A stretch of DNA of 64,000 nucleotides from Tubiluchus corallicola (lineage: Eukaryota; Animalia; Priapulida), in assembly GCA_030141605.1 (NCBI GenBank), contig JAQGDQ010002366.1:380660-444659 (forward strand), written 5' to 3'. This document shows positions 51,991-64,000 of this stretch, piece after piece. Every line of letters begins with the position of its first letter. Within the stretch, counting starts at the first letter, position 1. The position numbers were made by a program, and so were the translations under genes. The notes below the pieces were generated by a model. It was given only the letters and a program-made list of their open reading frames with translations, ran no database searches and was not told the origin of the DNA.

Positions 51991-52311
51991 ATTTTCTGTT
52001 TTATATTTCTTTAATATCAGATCCATTTCTTTTACTTTTGTTTCTATTTTGATTTTTGTATTATCTATTAAATTTTCATCTTTGATTATTTCAATATTAT
52101 TACTCTTCTATTTTAGTGGCTGGTTTACTTGAAGATTTTGATTTGATACTGACGCCTTGTATCATGAATATCTATGGTTCTGTGCTTTCTGCGATTTGAC
52201 TGCAAACATTAAATATTCGTGAAGTACGAAGTTGACTGCTTATGCACGTTAAACACCATTTTTCAAAGATTTGAAAGATATTCCTTTTTAATCGTTTACG
52301 TTTCGTCGATT

Positions 52312-55300
52312 ATGGACGAAGGTGATGGAAATAGCTCTGATTCTAGCCTAGATATTGTTTTTGTTTCATACGGCACATTAAATAAAATGGCAGCTGACTT
52401 ACATTACTCTGCATATGGCGTTGATGGTAAGTTTCCGTAGTCAACTTCGTGTTTTTTATTGACCTATTAATTATTATCTTCTCTATGCTTAATCGAGTTT
52501 ATACGTGCAGGTAAAATTTATTAATTACGTTTTGAGGTAATGTCATGAAACAAAAATACATTCACAAGTCAAGGCATCTATGACTTACATTATATAATCC
52601 AACAAAGTAACTGCGTGATCTAACATTAACAAATCGTAAATCGGGTTTGGGGTTTTATGTTTGTGGTCTAAAGTGATAGCAAGGGTTACGTTAGCGGATT
52701 TGTGACTCCAGAGATGTCTTAAAACACATATTTTATTACCTTATTTATTTAAAAGTAAGTTGCAGCAATATTACAAACGCATTAATAGTTTGTATAATTT
52801 ACTGTGTAAAATAGTCTAAAACCAGGTTGTCATGTAATGTTAATGAGAATTGCATAGGAAAATCGCGTTTGATATTATAAGCAGTGATACTTATTATAGT
52901 TGCCCCCAAGGAAGTGCCCAACTATACTATAACTGTCAGTTCCATCCATCGCTACTTTTTTCGGTTCTAGAGTAATCTGTCTTCTTTACAATGAGATCAG
53001 GACCTAGAGTTCAACTCTTGTATGGTCCCATCTCATATTCATTTTAAATTTATCGATAAATGGTGCATTTACAGTATCAGCTAAGAGTGAGTTCCACGGA
53101 TGTCACACGAGAGGTCACACGAGAGGCAAAAAAATGAGAACGGATGTTGGTTCGGCTATATTCTATGAAGAGTTTTGAATCACGGCCTCATAGTTCTCTG
53201 TGTGATCTTGAGATGAAATCTTGTTCTTGTAAAACTGAGGTTCCTTTCATAATTTTATAACAATTGACAAGATCGGTGTTGTTCCAAAGTGGACATCATT
53301 GCAAGATCTGCATCGTGGGCTAACCTCACACATATGTTTTGAGTTTTCTCCAAATCATCTTTCAGAGCTTTATCCTGTGGTGACCATACTACTGATGCAA
53401 ATTCTAAAATAAGATGAACGACTGCTTTGTGTATAGAGGGACTATCGCATTAGCAGATCTTGAAATGACACAACGTTTGATCATACCAATTCAGCGATTC
53501 GCCTCAGCTATTATATGATTAACATGGGTGTTCAGCATTATGTTATTGGATCTGTAACTGCCTAAATCACGTGCAACAGATTTCTCTTCTATGACTCCAT
53601 CACTGATATAATATAGTGTGTGAGATTTATTCCACATGTGTAAGCAACCTTTACTTCTCTCAAGTCTTAACCATTCATTGCACCAATTTCATTGAGATCA
53701 TTTTGTAAAATAAATTGGTCAAAGTCACCCCAGATTGGGCGATAGGGCTTAAGATCATACTAATAAAGGGATGCTTGTATGCAGAGATACACAATTAGTA
53801 ATGTCGTTTATAAAAATAAGAAAGCTGTAAGGGCCACTAAGGGTACCTGGGGACTCCACTAACTACTGGTTGCCAGTTTGTAGTTATGCCATTCATAACA
53901 ATGGTTTATTGTTATAAAGGAATTTGATACCTTTAACAGTGGTAGGGCATAGATTAAGCTTATAACTATAAATTTTTGGATCAGTAACTGTACATATTTG
54001 GATTTTTTACAATTTTTTAAAGAATTGCACAAAAACAATTATACTGTAATTATGAGTGCTGCACTGCTAAGCTGCAAGTAATCGATAAGCACCAGTGATG
54101 GCCAGTTAGATAATAACAATAATAATTAACGCGTGTTTGTTTAATTTCCTGCTTGTGGCTGGTAGTTCTTCACAGTCTTTGAGTATATCTGTATCTGAAT
54201 TTTTGTTTATTCACTGAATGTGAATATAAAATTCACAGTGCGAAAGTAGAACTCTGTGAGATAAACTGTAAAATGAAGCTAAAAATGTGCAAAACTTTTT
54301 CACCAATTAAAATTGTAAATATGTTGCGTGGTATTTTGTTGACTATATGCTTATTTAAAGTTTGTATTATCACAGAAAAATTTTAATCTTGTCAGTCAAA
54401 AATTAATTTTTTACTACTTCTAACCAGATACTTTGTAAGACAGTAGCTGCTTTTTCACAGTGATTCAGTATCATCTTAATTGTCAGTGCAATAGTCTTAA
54501 AGTATGTCAATCTCTTCGGGGCAACTTTGTTCCTCTAATGAGATAACATGCAGGTTTTGCTATTGAGCGATCACTGCTTAAAAATGCTATGATTTATTGG
54601 CAAAAAATCACCTTGAGCTTAAAATAAACCATTAAACCTTTTTTGTTGAACTTTCGTAAAAGCTTAACAAACAATTCATAAATAGATAAGTACTGATTTC
54701 ATTATCAGGCACTCAAGCTGACGAGACAACAATTTCAAAATCAGAGAAAGAGAAACGTGCCCGTAGACCTGCAAAGAAACCCTCAAAACGACCAGACAGG
54801 GAATTGTACACTCCACGTCACAGGAAGAAAATTGATGATATGATTAGGTGGGTATAAACAGGGATTTTTTTTGAATTTTTTTGCAGTTTTCATGAATGAA
54901 GCCTTGCTGGCTTGACGATGTTATAGTAAGATGTCATCAGCATTATTGATTTATGCTACATCAATTAATGTTGATGAAACGATTATTAAATTTAAACAAT
55001 AATGAGATTTTTGTATGCCTTCTAAAGTATTCATTTCTTTAACTAGAATAGTGTTAATGTAATCGTATTAGTTTTTAGTTAATTCATTGGCTGTCTAGCT
55101 ATAACTGTCTGATTTGTGTGACAGACTTTTTCTATGCCCTAGTTTATTTTATAGCTTACATAAAAAATATGATTTTGATCTGTCAGTAGTAGGTGGCTTG
55201 ACACTAAACAGATTTCAACTAAAAACAATATTATCAATAATCAGCAAAATGAAATTGTTTGATTTGTGATATATTTAGTGTCTAACAGCTGAATACCAAA

Positions 55301-58300
55301 ATTTTAATTTGATACAGGCTAAATAAGTGGGTTTATTATTACTTTTGTCTTTTTTAATTAGTTTCCTTGCTATTTTCAGTACAAGTAATGAAGAAACTGG
55401 GGAAGAAAGTCCAATGAAGATTGATATTCGTCAGAGCAATACGGCAGTGAAGTGCAATGATACTGCGAAGAAGTCTCCTAATCAAATCAACAATGTTGGA
55501 AAACAGTCACCTAATCAAAGCAATAATATTGGAAAACATTCACCTAATCAAAGCAACAATGTTGGAAAACAGTCACCTAATCAAAGCAATAATGTTGGAA
55601 AACATTCACCTAATCAAAGCAACAATGTTGGAAAACAGTCACCTAATCAAAGCAATAATGTTGGAAAACATTCACCTAATCAAAGCAACAGTGCTGGAAA
55701 ACCTTCACCTAATCAAAGCAACGATGTAGCAAAACAGTCGCTTGTTCAGAGCGATGTTTCAGAGCTGTCCCCTAATCAAACCAAGCGTTTTATGAAACAG
55801 TCACCTGTTATGAGCGACGATACTTCAACGTGCAATAATGCAGAGAAGCAGTCATTGAGTTGCTTGAGTGAGAAGACTGTTAAACGTTCACGTCGTCCTG
55901 CTCAAGCAATTTACGTGCCCAAACATCGACAGCAGGCATCAAAACCTGAGCCGTCTCAAGGCAAATATTTTTTATATATAAACTGTCATTGACATTTTCT
56001 GCACAATTTTGTGAATGCTGTGTTTTGTAATCGTAGCATTTACTATTATTCTGTAGCATACAGAACTACACTGTGTTTACACATTTATCTCATTTGCTTG
56101 ATATAAGTCACTTTTGACTACATATACCATTGATATCATTATTTATGTGTGTCATTGACTATTATAGTTAATTGTCATTTAATTTCTACTGTAGTAGTGT
56201 TTGTACAAACAAAATGTAGTGGTCTATGTTGTGAAGTTATACGTACATATCTTCTTAACAACTAAATCTAACTCTGGTAACTATAATATTGGCTATTTTC
56301 TTGTAGAAACATTACCTGCTTGTGAAAGTGGAAACAGTAGGTCTATGGTGAAAGAAATGCCCAAGACTCCAATCAGAACCAGTAGCCCATCTCAGCGTTC
56401 TAAACGTAGTCCGGTTGAGCACAACAAGCAAAAAGTTTCACCAAAAACAAGGGCTGATGATTCTCCCACATCTAAGAGTGAATCTGACGAATATCGAATA
56501 CCAAAAGTTGGGGAAGTTCCGTCTGCACCTGTTGCTGTACGATCATATTCTGATTTTCGTCGTAACAGACATAACTATTCTGCTCGACAAAGTAGTGAAG
56601 GTAAACAAGCAAAGAATGATACCAGTCTGCCAAATGTAAAACTAAAAGAACCAGTAAAGGCTAATGTGAAAAAAGGCACATCTTCTCATAAAAATGTGAC
56701 TGACTATTTAGATGATAAGCTAGCTGAGTTTTCTAATAAGAGTGTGAGAACAGGTAAAAATGTCAGTGATGGCACTCAGGAAGAATCTGACTGGGATACA
56801 AGTTCCAAATCAACTAAATTATACACTTGGCCAAGTGACCCACAAGACTTGGCAAAAGCCACCTGTGCACATGTATCTACCGAAATTTATGAAAGTGCAG
56901 ATTTAGATAAAAAGATCTCTGAGTGTTTTGTAAATGAGAAACCACAACCACAGAGAGTGAGGCAAAGGCAGCATGGTACAAGTAAGTGGGAATCTACAGG
57001 CAAATGGGAAGCCTCACATGAAGATTCACTGCTATCGAGTGAAGATGTGCAAAACAATGGGAATTTGTCAATACCTGAAAGGGAAAACTGGTATAGAGAA
57101 TTAAATGAGATTATCACTCATAAAGAAGAAAAGATAAAAAATCAGCAAAAGAATAAAAAACCTGTCGTGGAGAAGAATAATTCAAGCAAGCAAACGGTAC
57201 GTGGTAAAGTTTGTGTGTTTTATAATATAAATCTGTATGAATCATGTAGTTTTATGAAAATTTTTACATTAAAAAGATTGTAACATGTTCATAAAAGTGT
57301 AAGGTAGTTTCATTTTAGGTAATCTTCATAAGCTGCTTGTATAGCTTTTTTGCTTGAGAACATGTAAAGCATTTTATACGTTGCTTTCATTTACTAGGAA
57401 CCAAGTAGCTGTTTTTCAGAAACAACCGACACTGCCGATTGGAATAACGTGTCCTGTAGCCAATTTATTGACACTGGAGGTAGGTTAGCTTTTCTATTTT
57501 CACAATGTTGAATGCTAAGTTTCTGTAATTAGAGACATTGCGAAAATTGTTTTTCCGAAAACGGCTCGTTGCTAAAGTGCTGAACTTTAACAAAACACTT
57601 TTATACAGTAATTAAGATCCTACGGGCTTTTGTTGGTTGAGCTTGATATCACCATTATTGATTTTTTGCAGCACTTTTCTCACTTCCATTTACACATATT
57701 AATTATATTTTCTTGTTGTTATGCATATTTTCCTAATTGAAAATTATTAAAGCTGATTTTTTTCTTTGTTTTTGGTGCCTCTGTAGTCCTATTTAATTCC
57801 TGGCTTCAAAATGTTTTTCGTCATCATCATGAAATTAATGAATCTGAGTCTCATTTACAATAATTTTCGAATCTGGATCAAATCTATATCTCTATTTAAC
57901 AGAATTTTTGAAATAGAATCAAATTTGAATTTCGATTTTCTAGGTATATCTGTAAACCGAATCTTTTTCGAATGGCTTGGGGTGTCATTTCTTGCACATT
58001 TTGTAATGTATTGCACATTTGCTCATAAGATTTTATTTCTTGGATATGCAGAAACTGAAACTGTGCTGACATTTGTGTATTTCAAGTAGGACAAAGTTAT
58101 CAAAAAAGGCAGAAAATTGAGCAATTCAGTTTTAAAAATTTAAATGTAAAAGATTGCATAATTGCTTTCTAATAAGGCTCTGCCGAACCGCTTCTGCAAT
58201 CGAACTGATTAAACTGATTCTTTTTTTCATTTCTCTGGAATCAGGTTGGATGTAAAGTAACATAGAACTTTAACAAATCAAATCGAATTAAAGCTTCTTT

Positions 58301-61300
58301 TCGGATTCAGTTTCGAAGCTTCAGTTCTGTTGAAGTTTCATGAGAACTGGAACTTCGTGAAATCTGTACCATGTGCATTTTTAGGCCACACTAGTGTCGA
58401 TGAATTAATTGACATGAATGTAAGAGAGGCCAGGATGCGTACAATGAGTTGGTCTGAGATCGTCGATGAAGAGTTGAGTCAGGGTTGCTTGAGCGAATGT
58501 AGACGATCATGTGGCAGTCTGCGATCTCGTGGATCATCACAATGTTCACAGGATGATTTTGATGATGAGCAGCTAGAAGATTGGCAGCGAAGTGCCTTCA
58601 GTGGCATTAACTCAGCAGATGAGGTGGGTGATTGGTTTTTATGTTTGTTACAGTATGTAAACCATTGTGCTCAGTATGGTTCTAGGAAATTGTGTACGTA
58701 GAAAATCATTAGAGCCTTATTCTATAATAGAAAGAACTAAAACATTTTTTTGACAGGAATATCAATGAACATTGCTTTAGAATTGGAGTTTCTGCTGTTG
58801 TCGTTTACGACTATTGATACTCTTTTGAATTCAGTAATTTGAATGCCCATTGCTTATTTCAGCTCAATTTTGCCATAATGAATAAGTGTTGACTGTGTCA
58901 GATTTACTTTCTCAATAATAACCTGATTTCTGATTTAATGAGATTAGCATGTTCTGTGCTAAACTGTATCTTAGACTCATGGCAGTTTTTGTTTGGTATT
59001 TCGTCAGGCGTTTGAGTTAAGGTCTCGAAACTATGCCAGTGGTGAGTTCGGGAGGGGTGTACATGACCTATTAAAACGAGACGTAGCCTTTGGAGGGAAC
59101 TGGAACTGCCCCATTGTTTCACTTTTCTGTTTTTGGAAGCTCCACCTCCAAGCAATTGAATAGCCATTTAGAATAATTATCTAACTAAATTACCACTAAA
59201 CATATTTTCAGAATAAACATCTAAGCTTCATACTTAATTATATCAATACTTGGACAGTCCTTTCAAAGACAATTTTTTTACCTGCTCTTCGCATAACTTT
59301 TACCATTTATGTCAGCCTTTATATGTGACACATGCATGAGTGTAAAGCATGATTCATCAACAACTATCTATCAGTTTAAGAACATGTTGCATTGTTAGTT
59401 ACCATGACAACTTAATAGCACTTACTTATACGGAGAGGTACCAAGCTTAAGAGTTGCTATTTATATGATAATCATTAGAATATATGCTAATTTGAGGCTT
59501 CATGCTGTATCAAAGCAGATTATACGATAATTATTTAAATACGAAACAAAAAATGCAAGTTTGAAAAATTGTGCACTGAAAACATATAAAGCGTTGGGAA
59601 GTAATTGTACTTTGATATCTTTGTAGTCTGAAGCATGCTGATTGCAGTAATGGTCCCAGTTTCTTGAAAAAATGTAATTTCAAAAAAGAATGCTCATTAT
59701 GACATTGATTAAGCTTGGTTTTGCATGTGCAGAAATTAGTGACATTTTCTGTGTTTTAACAAATTTAATTTGACATTTATTAGTGCTACTTTTTGGTGTT
59801 ATAGTTACTTATTGAGTGCATATTTGTAATAATTTTCTGAAATTTTGCAATGATTGTGGATTTTGGACAAATATACAATAATTTTTAGCCTCCAATACAT
59901 TAATCAGCTTCATACAAAACGGTACCCTGATGTATCACTTCTTTTTTAGCATTTTGAAGTCTGTTGTTTGCATTTTTAATTCAAAATTAAACTAAATTCG
60001 TATATCACAGAGTTGGAGTGCTGTAAAATCAGTTGAGTCACATTCACTGCCTCGTCGCTATAATCGAAGTAAAAAGAAAAAGGCTCAACGAATGACTCGT
60101 TCAATGGAGACTCCTCTTCGTGGTTTGCAGCATTCTGACCAGGGCATTAAGGATGCGAATATGAGTGAAAAGCAAGATGGTGAGAGGTAAATTATAGTGT
60201 ATTTATTCACTGAAATAATGTGTATGCAGTATGCAGAATTTTTATTGGCCAAAGCAGTTTGGTATGTGTTGAACAAATTTGCCTATGGCGTAAATTTGAG
60301 GTATACTAAACTTTGAATATTAACTTCTAACCTTGTTCAACAAGCTGTATGATCTTTAGGTTAGCTTGAAAACTTGGTACAAAAACTAGGCAAGTGAGTG
60401 TTCTTGTACTTTCATATTTCTTTATTGCTATGATTCAAAAACGTGTTTATTTCAATGCATTCATTTTTATGATTTTTTTCATTGTTCAATTTTTCATAGT
60501 GATAAGGTTTCACAAGCTTCTCGTGTCAAGTTTTATTGGTCAAATTGTTCAGCAAAAAACTCAAGTGCTGTTATTGTGCAATTCTGAATGTATAAAAGTG
60601 TTTTAAGTAGCATTCTTTTTTAACTTTAGAAGCGTAAATGAATTACATGATCTTAGTTTCATGTAAATTTGTTTATTGTAATTTAAATTTTAATCTAAAG
60701 CCTCCAATGGCAATCAAAAGGACATCAGAAGATGAGAAGTTCTAGAACTAGGACACGCATAACCAAATCCGAAAGCATTGAAAACCTAGCGATACAGCAA
60801 TTTAATAACAGGTATGTATTGATTAAAGGTCAAATTTAACATTTCTATTTTATAAGAAAACCCAACCCAATCTTAAACATTTCTATTTTATAAGAAAACC
60901 TGACCCAGTCTTAAATTATAACTTGAAACAATCTACTTTATAAGATATTAAAATTGAACGTACTAAATTTTTAAGAATGATGTGAAGGACTTCAGAACCA
61001 TAATTTCGCTTTCATGCGACTAGTTGCGTGCATTTTGCCATTCGTAGGGTAGACCATTAGACGGGCATTAACGCCTAGATGTCAGAAATGCAAAATGCGT
61101 GCTGTACCTCTCAGTTCAAAAATATTCTGTTGTGAGATATTACACACATTCGAGCGGTCATGCGTGAGAGGAAAACTTCAAATTTGAATTTCAAACTTAA
61201 AATGTGTTGTATTTCACACTGAATGTTATATAGTAGCAATGTACTTTCATTTTGGCTTTCGCAAACACTTATAATAGTCATAAGATGTATAACAAATAAA

Positions 61301-64000
61301 AAATGGTAAAATTTGTCCCTGAGATAGCAGCGATATCTGCTCTGGCCCGTTTATTAGCTGAGAGCTTATATGCTGACGGCATGCTTTTTAGTAATAAAGT
61401 TACATGATGACATTGAGTGTGACTTGTCTGCTGCAAGACAACTGATGCTAGGCATAAGCTGTAATGCAGCATTGGTTGCTAGTTTTTGTGTGTAATGTAG
61501 TTCATAACGCTTTGTAGGAACCGCAGTAATAGTGATGCTACTGAAGCACAAGTTTGGCAGAAACATTCAGAGAAAACCATGCGTTTTACCTCCACCAGGT
61601 TGAACTATGGGAAAAGAAATGATGTTAATAGAGACAGTCATTATGCTCGTGCTGATAAAGATCCCTCATGGAGGCGTGAGCCAGACAAATGTAATGTTGT
61701 AAAAAGGGGACTACAAACTCGTCGTGCTGACTGTGATGCTGAAGTGTTCCCGAAGAGCAAGAATCCTTTAGCTGATAAAATGGGAAACTTGCCACCAAGG
61801 TTACAAGCAAAGTATTTAGAAAAGCAGAAGGGACAACCAAGTAAAATTTCTGATCATGAGCAAAGTAGAATGACGCCTAGTCCGAGCACAATGAGAAGAG
61901 CTTCCACAGATAATTGTTTTGATGAGTTGTACAAATCCCCACCATGCCAACAAAGGCTCTCAGGCGAACAAATTACCTCTCATGTGCCGGGTGTGCTGCA
62001 TTTACCTGCCAATTCAGGATCATCATTTTCAGAAAATGTGGTTTACAACAAGCATAGTGTCCAGAACTTCAATTCTCCTTCACAGCAATATCACTGTTAT
62101 GGTCGTGATTCTTCTCTAGTCTTTGTAAATACAAGTAATCGAGATGAGCAGACGTCAGGGAGGATGACTGCATCACCTTCTAGTGAAAACACGCCGTACT
62201 CGCCAAATTCTTTTCCAAAAGAATCGCCTTCGCAAGCGTGTCGAATGCCAGCTGTTGATATTCGATATGATCCGAAATATCAAGCGTTGATGCTTGAAAG
62301 AGCAAGACTGAACGAGCAGTCGAATTATAATGTTGGTTTCCAACAGGGTGATACTTATTATAGAGGATCCGGTGGATCTATGGCTTACCCAGACACTTAT
62401 ATTCCCTGGTATTATCAAAGGTACATTTTACCTTTCTATGATCAGTAAACCTATAATTGTTGGATCATTAATTGATAATCTTGACTTTAAAATTCTAAAT
62501 AATTGATTGATTACTTGCAGATTAGTTTAAGCTCTAAAATAAGTAACCATATTTGTATGTGTTAGTTTAGCGTGAGTAGTTTAACACTTGGAAATGCTAA
62601 TTTGTGTTGATGAGCTAATTAATTTAATGTGATTAATTTAAGCCATGCCTTCATCACAAGAGACTCTGTAGTCCAAATGTGTCAGACTTCTAATCCAAAG
62701 GCCTACGGTTCAAATTGTGGTTGTATCTTTGCTCTTCCATGCTCAGTCTTTAAAACCATATTTTTTCCATGTTGGCCATGTTTGGTTTTAAAAGGTTTAA
62801 AAATTGAAATATTTATTCCATTGCCATATGAAAAAGTTTAAAATCAAGGTAAAAACAGATTTTGCAGTTTTACATTTTTTGTGTCCTGATTATTTTATCA
62901 CATTCAACCTCTGCTCTTGCATTTTTGATTTTATTACATTTTTTGTTAACAAATAGATCTCATAACAGGGTACTTCATTTTTTAACTGTATGTGTATTTG
63001 TTTGTATATATATTTCTACTATTATATCATTGCTTTATATATTTTAAGTAATTTTCTGATTTTCTAGACCAGATGAGCAAACCCAGCTGCATGGTCAACC
63101 CGGTGCTTATTCTAAGGCAGAGGTTGTTTTAGTAGAACTAAATAACATTGAGTCATGTCTGTCTAGACTTCTATGTAAACCATATTATTTGGATGGTGAT
63201 AGGAACCATATCTTACATTTAAGGTAAGCGAAAAAGCATGAAGTGATTCTTAACTTGAAAAATTCACAAAAATTGACAGAATGAAGGGTACCAGCTAAAA
63301 TTGTACATGGCTTGCTTCACTTCGAATTTGTCTACCCCCAGCATGTTAAAGGTTAGCACAAGTATACCTGCTTTGTGACAATTCATTTCTTTTAATTTTG
63401 CTTTCCCATGGGATGATTTGAATGTCTGAAACATAAAACTAGAAGTACGTTGCTTTAATGAAAACGTGATTGTAATTTAATATTTGTACTTGTCAGATTG
63501 CAGTTGCAAGGCAAATTTGAGGAGCTGGTTTTAATAGATCCCGATTTAAACAAAAAACATGGATTGGAGCAAGATATGTGGAAACGGGTATTTTACAAGG
63601 TCGGTGTAACTTTTTTATATGCCAGCAAATTACAGAAATATTAATTATTAATGGAGCATTTAGATTCTGATAAAAAATAAAAAACTTAAAAACATTTTTA
63701 TTTGCAATACATTAATTTTTTCATGTAAAATGATTTAGCCGTATCGGCTTCGACGTTGTACTACTAATTTTTTCATGTAAAATATGCTTAGCAAAATCAA
63801 CTGATTCGAAAATGTTTTGTTTTTGGTACCTGGCTATTTTTATTGCACGTCAACAATGAATTATTACCTTTACAAGAAATGTCTGAAATGATATGTACAC
63901 TTGTGCCTAAATAAATAATACGTGCCAAATCCAAACACATTAGTACTTCCATTCTAAATGCTGTGGTTACATTATACTTTCTGAATCATTATTTCTAGAT
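52312..64000 (+). CDS. SMG6: SMG6 / EST1A (NMD endonuclease, telomerase-binding protein) 5' part; continues beyond the right edge
   Basis: Phase-compatible exons 52312-52426, 54709-54847, 55380-55960 (GC donor), 56307-57196, 57398-57479, 58385-58623, 60011-60186, 60701-60811, 61518-62420, 63068-63223, 63497-63599; the next acceptor is at 63998. It has two EJC-binding-motif-like peptides (KRPDRELYTPR, RRPAQAIYVPK), a long disordered region, then the start of the EST1/14-3-3-like domain (LQLQGKFEELVLIDPDLNKKHGLEQDMWKRVFYK). N-terminal EBMs favour SMG6 over SMG5/SMG7. The PIN domain is not in the window. Confidence 0.8.
53160..53990 (-). mobile_element. Degenerate CR1-clade LINE RT relic in SMG6 intron 1
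   Basis: Minus-strand, frameshift-broken peptides GVP-GTLSGPYSFLIFINDI (GVPQGSVLGP..F..YIND motif) and KAVVHLILEFASVVWSPQDKALKDDLEKTQ. Confidence 0.75.
55474..55737 (+). repeat. Coding 33-bp tandem repeat (11 aa SPNQSNNVGK[Q/H]) x8 in SMG6 exon 3
   Basis: Visible in both DNA and translation; Q and H units alternate, giving a 66-bp higher-order period. Confidence 0.92.

Overview
AT-rich, intron-containing eukaryotic DNA from an invertebrate animal (lophotrochozoan-like; the taxon is inferred, not established). Most entries in the ORF track are spurious, and the real genes had to be rebuilt by hand from splice signals. Five protein-coding genes were found: (1) the 5' part of an UNC-93-like MFS membrane protein on the minus strand (one exon of at least 1.5 kb running off the left edge); (2) a complete 8-exon L-serine/threonine dehydratase (SDS/SDSL-like, 327 aa); (3, 4) a tandem pair of 4-exon secreted single-domain VWC (SVWC/Vago-like) genes, the second with a frameshifted last exon; (5) the first 11 coding exons of an SMG6/EST1A NMD-endonuclease gene with a very long disordered N-terminus and a probable GC-AG intron. 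Intergenic and intronic DNA is rich in mobile-element relics: a young 5'-truncated RTE LINE with a target-site duplication (TSD), older RTE/RTE-X and CR1 fragments, a Gypsy relic, MITEs, tRNA-derived SINE heads, and micro- and minisatellites. There is also a ~430 bp foldback whose arms end in degenerate Penelope-type hammerhead-ribozyme motifs. No CRISPR array, rRNA or intact tRNA was seen. I found no unambiguous new multi-gene system; the best leads are listed under findings.
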